Shown: piece after piece, positions 18,789 to 25,833 of the stretch | How the letters are laid out: each line of letters opens with the position of its first letter | How positions within the stretch are numbered: position 1 is the first letter of the stretch | Source: Spirochaetia bacterium | GTDB taxonomy: Bacteria; Spirochaetota; Spirochaetia; SZUA-6; Bin103 | Reading direction: 5' to 3' | Length of the DNA stretch: 64,000 nucleotides | Assembly (NCBI GenBank): GCA_965208575.1 | Contig: CBDBOV010000004.1 | Span: 128,001-192,000 of the forward strand | Translations under genes and position numbers: made by a program | Notes under the pieces: generated by a model | Databases searched by the model: none | What the model was told of the DNA's origin: nothing | What the model saw: only the letters and a program-made list of their open reading frames with translations

Positions 18789-19250
18789 ATGGCACGACGC
18801 AAACGCGGAGGCAGACGGAGCGGCAAAGGCAATCGCTCGACGCAACCGCAGGAGGTGCACCCCAACGCGGCCGGATTGGATGTGGGCGCCACCATGGTAT
18901 ATGCGGCGGTACGCGCTGAGCGTGCCGAACAGCCGATCCAATCATTCCCGACGTTCACGTGCGATCTGCATGCCTTGGCCGATTGGCTGAGCGCCTGCCA
19001 AGTAGACACGGTGGCCATGGAGTCGACCGGCGTCTACTGGATTCCGGTCTATCAGATCCTGGAAGCACGCGGCTTCGAGGTGGTGCTGGTCAACGCCCGC
19101 CACGTGCGCTCGGTGCCCGGTCGTAAGAGCGACGTCGAAGACTGCGAGTGGCAGTGTTGTCAGCACTCGGTAGGGTTTCTGCGCGGTTCGTTCCGACCGC
19201 CTGACGAGGTGTGCGCGGTGCGCTCCTTGTTGGGTAGTGGGTCAATTTGA
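18789..19250 (+). pseudogene. IS110-family recombinase, only the DEDD (RuvC-like) domain left
   Basis: Motifs GLDVG, AMESTGVYW, PGRKSDVED. Cut at ~19232 by a palindrome, before the C-terminal domain. Confidence 0.88.
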
Positions 19251-19265
19251 AAGTGACCCACTACC
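19233..19265. repeat. Perfect 12-bp inverted repeat GGTAGTGGGTCA-N9-TGACCCACTACC
   Basis: Arms at 19233-19244 and 19254-19265. A related motif GACAGTGCGTCAGTTTGAAA lies at 14019-14038. Confidence 0.9.
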
Positions 19266-19362
19266 GCGTCGCTGGTAGAGTTGACCGGCGCTCGGACCCG
19301 CTCTTACCTTTCCTGCGGGTCGCCTGGAACCACCAAGTAGCCGAGCGGCTCGGGAGGATTAC

Positions 19363-20100
19363 TTGGCCGCCGGCAAACCGGGCTTGACCGTAGAGGAGTT
19401 TCTCGCCACCGGGTGGCCCGGACGCCCTTCTGGCGCGGCGCCCTCGCAGCCACCGGCGCCCAAGGAGCGCAAGAGCGACCGCGTCAGGAAGTGGCTCGGG
19501 ACGCTCGCTACAGTAGTCCTGGCGGTCGCTGCAGTCGTCGGGACGGTCGTGGCAGTTGGAACCTTCATGGTCTCAGTCTCACCTCCCTCAAGCTCCCCGC
19601 CGGAGGGCAGCCCGGTGTCGGCTCCAGCAGAGACCATCCGTACCCCCGTCGAGGGCGAGCCTGAGTTGCATCCGCCCGTATCAGGCTACGGCGATGAGCC
19701 CATCGCCTCAATCCCGGCCACGGAGTCCTACGATGGCGTTCCCGTCACGGTAGTCAAGGCCGGGTTCATCCATTATGTGTTCCTGAGCCGTTTGTGGCCG
19801 GGGGAGTATGCAGGCCTCGTCTCCGCCGAGTCAGTTACGCCTGCCATCTTCTCGATCGAGGAGAAGAAGCGTGGCTGGGTGATCGTGCGGGGAGAGAGCG
19901 AAGGGATCGGCTGGCTCAGTGTGGTCGCCGAAGACTTCCGCGGGCGCAGATACAGGGCGTCCGTGCCAGTGCACGTCCGGAGCGGCTTGCCCCGAGTGCG
20001 CGCCGGCCTGAAATCAGACCGATTGGATAGGAAGCGGAATGGACTCTCCGTCCCGCGCAGACTACGCCTGCGCCCAACCTCTCGTCAACACCGACGATGA
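19363..20100 (+). CDS. Hypothetical single-pass membrane protein with Pro-rich linker and beta-rich C-terminal domain
   Basis: TTG start with GGGAGG RBS; TM segment LATVVLAVAAVVGTVVAVGTFMV. Confidence 0.55.
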   Translation: MAAGKPGLTVEEFLATGWPGRPSGAAPSQPPAPKERKSDRVRKWLGTLATVVLAVAAVVGTVVAVGTFMVSVSPPSSSPPEGSPVSAPAETIRTPVEGEPELHPPVSGYGDEPIASIPATESYDGVPVTVVKAGFIHYVFLSRLWPGEYAGLVSAESVTPAIFSIEEKKRGWVIVRGESEGIGWLSVVAEDFRGRRYRASVPVHVRSGLPRVRAGLKSDRLDRKRNGLSVPRRLRLRPTSRQHRR

Positions 20101-20316
20101 AACTCTCGCCCTCGCCGCGCACTACGCCTCGGTCATGACCCGGATGGTTCGACGCGGAAGGCTCTGCCGGCACGGCGCGCGGACCTCATTTGCCGCTTGG
20201 TCGCGCTCCGATCTCGGATTCCCGTATGTCATTTCTGGGGAGAGAATTATCTGCTGAAGTTTCGCCGAACTACTATACATTTGTCTGGTAATGGTAACTC
20301 GTTATTCTGGCAAACG

Positions 20317-21384
20317 ATGGGTGGCGGGCCAGGCAACTCCTTCCGGCGCGGAATCACGCTGGTGCAGCTCATGGAGATGTACCCGGACGACGCCACCGCG
20401 GAGGCTTGGTTCATCGCGCAACGCTGGCCAGACGGCATCCGCTGTCCGCACTGTGGCTCCGCCAACGTCCAGGAGAAGGCCGCCCACAAGTCCATGCCGC
20501 ACCGCTGCCGCGCCTGCCGCAAGCGCTTCTCCGTCCGCATCGGCACTCCCCTGCAGGAGTCGAAGCTCGGCTACCGGACCTGGGCGATGGCGATCTACCT
20601 GATGGCCGCCGGCGTGAAGGGGACCAGCTCCATGCGGCTCCACCGGGACCTCGGGATCACGCAGAAGACCGCCTGGTTCCTCGGCCATCGCATCCGCGAG
20701 GCGTTCCGCGAACAGGGCACCGACCAGTTCGACGGCTCCGGCCCGGTGGAGATCGACGAGGCGTATGTCGGGGGCAAGGAGCGGAACAAGCACGCGAAGA
20801 AGCGGCTTGGGAGGGAGGATACCTACTGGGGCAAGACGATCGTCCGCGCAGTCCGCGACCGGCCATCGAACCGGATCACCGCGTCGGTGATCCCGCACAC
20901 CGGGCGGGGCGTGATCCACCCCTTCGCCAAGGAGCGCATCGCGGAGGACACCATGATCGTGCCCGACGAGCTGGGCTCGTACCGGGCGCTCTCCAACCAC
21001 TACGCGGTGAACCACAGCCGCGGCCTGTACGTCGACTGGCTGGCGCACACGAACGGCCTCGAGAGCTTCTGGGCGCTTTTCCGGAGGGCGTACCACGGCA
21101 CCTACCATCACTGGAGCCGGCGCCACATCCAGCGTTACCTGGACGAAATGGCCGGCCGGCACAACCTCCGCCCGCTCGACACCGAGATGCGGATGATCGT
21201 GATGGTGCAGCAGATGGTCGGGAAGGTGCTGCCCTTTCCGCAAGCAAGCTGGCGCCGCGGCGCCTGCGGCAGTTCATCCTGCTCCCGACCTGGTCCCCGA
21301 AAGCTACCTTTCGGAGACCCATCAGCCGCCCCCCGAAGCTACCTGGCCGGCCTTGCCTCAAGCTCCCTGATTCGGCGTTCGTGA
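20317..21384 (+). CDS. IS1595-family transposase (C-terminal tail possibly frameshifted near 21240)
   Basis: CPHC...CRAC Zn ribbon, VEIDEAYVGG, VPDE, HTNGLESFW, HIQRYLDE. Confidence 0.88.
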   Translation: MGGGPGNSFRRGITLVQLMEMYPDDATAEAWFIAQRWPDGIRCPHCGSANVQEKAAHKSMPHRCRACRKRFSVRIGTPLQESKLGYRTWAMAIYLMAAGVKGTSSMRLHRDLGITQKTAWFLGHRIREAFREQGTDQFDGSGPVEIDEAYVGGKERNKHAKKRLGREDTYWGKTIVRAVRDRPSNRITASVIPHTGRGVIHPFAKERIAEDTMIVPDELGSYRALSNHYAVNHSRGLYVDWLAHTNGLESFWALFRRAYHGTYHHWSRRHIQRYLDEMAGRHNLRPLDTEMRMIVMVQQMVGKVLPFPQASWRRGACGSSSCSRPGPRKLPFGDPSAAPRSYLAGLASSSLIRRS

Positions 21385-21575
21385 TCCGCATGGGCAGCCT
21401 CGGTGCGGTCCCAGCGGTCTTCGTTGTCCCGGTCGATCTTGTCGAAGCGCTGGTTCACTTCCTCGAAGCGGCGGTCCATCTTGTCTTCAAGCCGGTCGAA
21501 ACGGACGTTCAGCACGCTCATCGCATCATCAAGGTACGCCTTCAGTTCTGCGTCGGCATTGAGGAGCGGGTCCAC
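21339..21575 (-). CDS. Small coiled-coil protein (RFDRLE/RFEEVNQRFD heptads)
   Basis: GTG start immediately after the upstream gene's stop; same repeat style as 8754-9128. Confidence 0.65.
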   Translation of the reverse strand: MDPLLNADAELKAYLDDAMSVLNVRFDRLEDKMDRRFEEVNQRFDKIDRDNEDRWDRTEAAHADHERRIRELEARPAR

Positions 21576-22358
21576 TCAGCACTCCATCGCGGGGTCGCTA
21601 CTCAAGAACATCCAGGTCCTTCCCGAGTCCAGCCATACGTATCCGCTCGTGTAGTTCTCGCGGCCGTCGGCGTCTACCAGCGACGCCCACGGCACACCAA
21701 GCACCGCCGACGTGACCTGCGTGCCGTCTGGCTCGATCATGGTGAACTGCATATACCTCGGTTCATACTGCCACCGGCCATGACCAATGAGTCCACAGTT
21801 CGGGTTCACCATGGTGGCCGTGCCATCCTCGAAGACCCGAATGTAACCCATTCTGGGGGCGTTTTTGGCCTCTGTCTGCCTGACAGACCAAACGCCAACA
21901 GGGCGGAATCTCTCGATGGCCTCTCTTTCGCGGGTGATTTGGCCGGCGAGATGGCCCATGGCATCCATGTCTCGTCGGTAATTTCGCGATTTGGGCTCTG
22001 TTTCGGGCTCGGTTGCGGCAGGCGGGTCGGGAGGGTCTGGCTGGGTGGCCGGTTGGAGGGAAACCCCTTCACCGTCTGATTCGGGCGGCCCAGCGGCCTT
22101 ATCGGGCTCTGGGCGGAACGCAGGCACTTCGTTTTCCTGCTCGGCTGCCCGCTCCTCCCCCGTAGCGGACGGCGCCGCGTAAGCGACGGTGGCTACTGGT
22201 TTTACTGGCGATTCTTGCGCGTCGGTCGGCGTGTCGGAAATCCCAACACCTACCCCGATCAGGAAGGCGAACAGGGCAACGACGAAATACGAGCCGATGC
22301 GCAGCAGTTTTCGGAACAGGCGCCGGAGAGGACGCTTCTTCGGTTGATTCTCGTTCAT
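21576..22358 (-). CDS. Hypothetical membrane-anchored or exported protein
   Basis: Basic N-terminus and TM helix, Pro/Glu-rich linker, globular beta-rich C-terminus; GAGGTG RBS. Confidence 0.7.
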   Translation of the reverse strand: MNENQPKKRPLRRLFRKLLRIGSYFVVALFAFLIGVGVGISDTPTDAQESPVKPVATVAYAAPSATGEERAAEQENEVPAFRPEPDKAAGPPESDGEGVSLQPATQPDPPDPPAATEPETEPKSRNYRRDMDAMGHLAGQITREREAIERFRPVGVWSVRQTEAKNAPRMGYIRVFEDGTATMVNPNCGLIGHGRWQYEPRYMQFTMIEPDGTQVTSAVLGVPWASLVDADGRENYTSGYVWLDSGRTWMFLSSDPAMEC

Positions 22359-22547
22359 GGATCACCTCTCGTCCCCGGCCCGCAACAAAGGTGCCGGGCT
22401 GGTTCGCAAGAGGCACCACGATCACGCAGTTACTCTGAACTTCTGACCTATTCACGCCACGGCCGGGTAGCTACTCCCATTCGTTGACGACGCTGTTGTA
22501 TTCGACCAGCAGCCCGGCTCGGGCGTGATCGAGTACCTCTTGCTTGA
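22359..22547 (-). ncRNA. Putative structured RNA / 5' leader of unknown family
   Basis: About 21-bp closing stem (22523-22543 with 22406-22427), an inner stem, and alternative GCCGGG/CCCGGC pairings next to the RBS. The 5' arm is conserved at 1-28. Confidence 0.55.
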
Positions 22548-22553
22548 AGGGTC

Positions 22554-22581
22554 AGTGTAGCGCCGGACCGGCATCTGTCAA
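22554..22581 (-). promoter_or_regulatory. Sigma70-like promoter TTGACA-16 nt-TACACT
   Basis: -35 at 22576-22581, -10 at 22554-22559; same boxes and spacing as at 38-65. Confidence 0.65.
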
Positions 22582-22666
22582 CCGGCTGGTTTACTTACAC
22601 TTGGCCATACGTGGGGCACACTTGGGGCAAGGCGGCCGCCACCAAATCACAGGCCGGGAGGATCAC

Positions 22667-22858
22667 ATGATGACGAAAGAGGACAAGGCGTGGATCGCAG
22701 CACTGCTCGACGAGAAGCTCGCTCCGATCCATGCGCGGCTCGACGGCGTGGACAGGACGAATCAAGCGTTGGTCACGGCCGTGACAGACCTACTGGAAGC
22801 CATGCAGAGCCCCCTCGCGTTCCAGATCAAGCGGAATCTGGAACGCGAGTTGGCCTGA
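22667..22858 (+). CDS. Small (63 aa) helical/coiled-coil hypothetical protein
   Basis: GGGAGG RBS; LLDEKLAPIHARLDGVD heptad pattern. Confidence 0.6.
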   Translation: MMTKEDKAWIAALLDEKLAPIHARLDGVDRTNQALVTAVTDLLEAMQSPLAFQIKRNLERELA

Positions 22859-22899
22859 CGAGCCGGAGGCGGTTGACCGGCGGCGTTGGGTGGCGGTAG

Positions 22900-23640
22900 C
22901 CTTGCCCCGATGGCTGACAAGGCGAAGACGAGGAAGGCCGCGAAGCGACCGCGGCGGAGCTTCATCCAGGAGGACTTCGACGAGCTGTGGACTCCGTTGG
23001 CCGTCTCGCCGGAGGCCCTGGCGAAGGCCGTCCTGCGGACTCCAGCGAAGCCGCGCAGTTAGCCTCCGGAGACCTCCTTCCAGGCAGCAGCCTCTGCCTC
23101 GACCAGTTCTTGCCTCGCGGCGGCGTAGTTGTTGACCGCCTCCAGAACGCTGTCCGAGTTAGGAAGCCTGTGCAGCCGGACGGTGGCCTCCGCGCCTTTG
23201 TAAAGAACGGACCGAAGTCCTGAGACAACCCAGAAAAGTCCTTGGACATCTCCTCCAGCCGCGCTTGAGTGCTGGTATGGGCGCTTGGCGTCCTGGAGTC
23301 GGCGGTGCGCTGCGCCGATCGCCTTGATGGTAGGTGCCACGCGCGGCAGCTTACCAGCCACGGCGGGCCAGGGCCAGTGGGCCACTCACCTATATGAGTC
23401 CCCAAAGGTTACGGTGAATCGAGGCGACCTTCAACACGTCCTGGCGATTGGCGATTGGCGATTGTCGAGCGAACACGGGTCAGAAACCGCCAACTGGAAC
23501 AAGCCTGCCTCCATCTGCTGGACGTGATAGCTCATCAGGCGAACATCGTTCAGCAGCGACAGAAAGCGTTGGCCAGCCTTCCACCGCTGCCGGACGATTG
23601 GGACTGATGGCTTGCCGTCGATGGACGACGTGCCGGTGCC
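22900..23640 (-). pseudogene. Possible degraded, multiply frameshifted gene of unknown function
   Basis: Protein-like helical fragments alternate between frames (LSLLNDVRLMSYHVQQME; QARLEEMSKDFSGL; VLEAVNNYAAARQELVEAEAAAWKE). Confidence 0.3.
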
Positions 23641-23916
23641 GATGAATCTGCGGGATAGACCTGGCGGCGGAAGGCTTGCGGGGCCCCGGGTGAGGGGTGG
23701 ATAATTATGCACCCACCTCGATCCCCATGCACCCCTGTCAACTAACTATATTATATCCCCAGAGCTAGGTCCCGTCCGGGCAGCAGTTTCACATTGGCTC
23801 TTTCCCCCGGACGGGTGGCTTCCTAGAAATCGGATCGGTGGCTCTATTGCACCGGATTATGCGTATTTCGAATACCCTAAGTTGACTATAGGTGAGTGAT
23901 ATGCCATATTCTGCGT

Positions 23917-24321
23917 ATGGCACAAGAGAACCGCCGGCAGATATCGCTCCGTACGTCCGTTTGGAAGAAGGCATCGCAGATACGGGACACACTGTCTACG
24001 ATGAGCAGCCGCAAAATGACGATCTCGGACACGATCGATCGGGCGCTTGTCTGTTTGGAGGATGCTCACTCTCGCGGTGCGTGGCTGTCGCCAAAGGAAG
24101 CCGCACCAATGGTTGAAGAGCGGATGAGAAAGGAAGTCATCTCCGTGCTCACCCAGTTTGTAGCGCGGGCGTTGCCCAACAGCGTGGTTCGAGGGGTGAC
24201 ATTCCACCCGGAAGGAGTGCCGGGAGGCGGAGGGACGTTATTCGTGCACCTTGATGACAAGGCTGTACCGGTGCTCATAGGAGCAGGTGAAGTAGGCGCC
24301 GTGGGTCTGGCTGATGGCTGA
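23917..24321 (+). CDS. Hypothetical protein with possible ribbon-helix-helix N-terminus
   Basis: RRQISLRTSVWKK...TISDTIDRAL pattern; TTGACT-17-CATATT upstream; overlaps the start of the AlpA gene. Confidence 0.55.
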   Translation: MAQENRRQISLRTSVWKKASQIRDTLSTMSSRKMTISDTIDRALVCLEDAHSRGAWLSPKEAAPMVEERMRKEVISVLTQFVARALPNSVVRGVTFHPEGVPGGGGTLFVHLDDKAVPVLIGAGEVGAVGLADG

Positions 24322-24499
24322 TACTCCCACAATCCTGCGGCTACCGGCCGTGATCGCGATGGTTGGCGTTAGCAGGGTCTCAATATGGCGCTGGGTGAGG
24401 GCCGGGACTTTCCCACGCCCAGTTCGCCTTGGGGCACGCGCAGTCGGCTGGCGCGCTAGCGACTTACAACGGTGGGTGGAGTCGCGGCCGTCGGCATGA
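24314..24499 (+). CDS. alpA: AlpA-family phage regulatory protein / excisionase-like
   Basis: ILRLPAVIAMVGVSRVSIWRWVRAGTFPRPVRLGARAVGWRASDLQRWV. Confidence 0.9.
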   Translation: MADTPTILRLPAVIAMVGVSRVSIWRWVRAGTFPRPVRLGARAVGWRASDLQRWVESRPSA

Positions 24500-24750
24500 C
24501 ACCCTCCGCCAACGGCGCGAACGGATACGACCGGAAGTCGAGTCTCCAAGGGTTCGCGCCGACCATCCTGTGCGCCATCATGCGCATCTGGACCTCCGTG
24601 TCCAACGGCCGCTGGTTGTGACGACCGACAAACTCGTCGATGTACCGCTGGAGGTGGACCAGGGCTCATGCGGTGGTAGGTGCCGTAGTAGCCCCGCTTG
24701 AGCAGTGCGCCCAGAACGACTCCATGACGTTGACGTGCGCTTGGTCCTCC
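24500..24750 (-). pseudogene. IS1595-family transposase C-terminal remnant with frameshifts
   Basis: Fragments DQAHVNVMESFW, LKRGYYGTYHRMSP and HLQRYIDEFVGRHNQRPLDTEVQMRMMA, homologous to 8060-8250. Confidence 0.85.
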
Positions 24751-24943
24751 AATTCATTCTGACGTGGAATCGGAGGGCGCACTACACTCGGGACCGTGTG
24801 GCGACTTCCCTGGTGCGGAGCAGCCTCAACCGGCGTAAAGCACCTATGGTGGAGAACTTCGTAAAGTGGCAACAGTAGTGATACCGTCTGCCACCACGAT
24901 AGTATAAGATATTATCCTGCAATCGATTATACAACTGCGACGA

Positions 24944-25291
24944 TGGAGGTGGCGGGAATCGAACCCGCGTCCTGAAAGGTGCGCGTACGGCGTCTACAGG
25001 TTTAGCCGGACTGTTGCGTTCTTGGCGCCGCCTTTGCGAGCCGGCTCACGGGCGGCGGTGCAGCCCGCTGTTTGTCTTTCCCGCCGCACCCGCAGGCCGA
25101 TGCGGCGGTGAGTCCTGAATGGCGTCGGGGATGCTCGTCGCTCAGGACCGCACTTCAAGTCCCCGTGGCTACGTGATTTAGGCAGCCAGTGCTAGATCTG
25201 TATCGGCAGATCAAATTGTCCAGGTTAAGGAGGCTGGACTCCACCTGCAACCGTAAACGTCATGCCTCCCAGTCGAGGCCTTGTCACCCCC
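24944..25291 (-). ncRNA. ssrA: tmRNA
   Basis: 5' GGGGGTG pairs with 3' CACCTCC-A including a G3:U wobble; T-arm GCGGGTTCGATTCCCGC; tag frame at 25207-25178 encodes ADTDLALAA*; adjacent to smpB. CCA is not encoded. Confidence 0.97.
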
Positions 25292-25344
25292 TAAAGAGCA
25301 GGGTCACCCCCAAAAAGCCATGGGGTCACCCGCACGTTGTAAGG

Positions 25345-25833
25345 TCACAAGCTCCGCTGCCCGCTGCGCACCTGGCGGTCCAGGTCGCGGTCCAGGTCGC
25401 GGCGCTTGATGTCTTCGCGCTTGTCGAAGGTCTTCTTGCCGCGGCACACGCCGAGCTCGACCTTGACCAGCCCGCTCTTAACGTAGAAGCGCAGGGGGAT
25501 GAGCGTCAACCCGCGCTCGGTGACCCGCCGGCGCAGGCGCCGAATCTCGTCGCGGTGGGCGAGCAGCTTGCGCACGCGCGTGGGGTGGTGGTTGAACTGG
25601 TTGCCGAACGCGTACGGGGTAATGTGCAGCCCCACCAGCAACAGCTCTCCGTCGGCGATGCGCGCGTAGGAATCGGTAAACGAGAACTGCGCCGCCTTGA
25701 CCGACTTCACCTCGGTGCCGCGCAACGCAATGCCGCACTCCATGCGGTCGTCGACGTGGTAGAAGTGGCGCGCCCGGCGGTTGGTGGCGAGCGTCTTGAC
25801 CGCCTCGGCGCCGGTCCCGGATCGGCGGCTCAC
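25345..25833 (-). CDS. smpB: SsrA-binding protein
   Basis: NRRARHFY, GIALRGTEVKS, RKLLAHRDEI, GKKTFDKRE; GTGA overlap with the upstream gene. Confidence 0.97.
   Translation of the reverse strand: MSRRSGTGAEAVKTLATNRRARHFYHVDDRMECGIALRGTEVKSVKAAQFSFTDSYARIADGELLLVGLHITPYAFGNQFNHHPTRVRKLLAHRDEIRRLRRRVTERGLTLIPLRFYVKSGLVKVELGVCRGKKTFDKREDIKRRDLDRDLDRQVRSGQRSL

Noticed and set aside
20238-22458. IR pair for IS1595 #2 (GGAGAGAATT...GAAGTT vs GGCGTGAATA...GAAGTT)
   Set aside because: Weak, gapped similarity and no TSD; the right candidate lies inside the structured RNA.
22406-22543. Retron ncRNA or invertible promoter
   Set aside because: No reverse transcriptase or invertase is in the window. 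The arms are imperfect with G-U-type pairing and a bulge, and the promoter lies outside the repeats.
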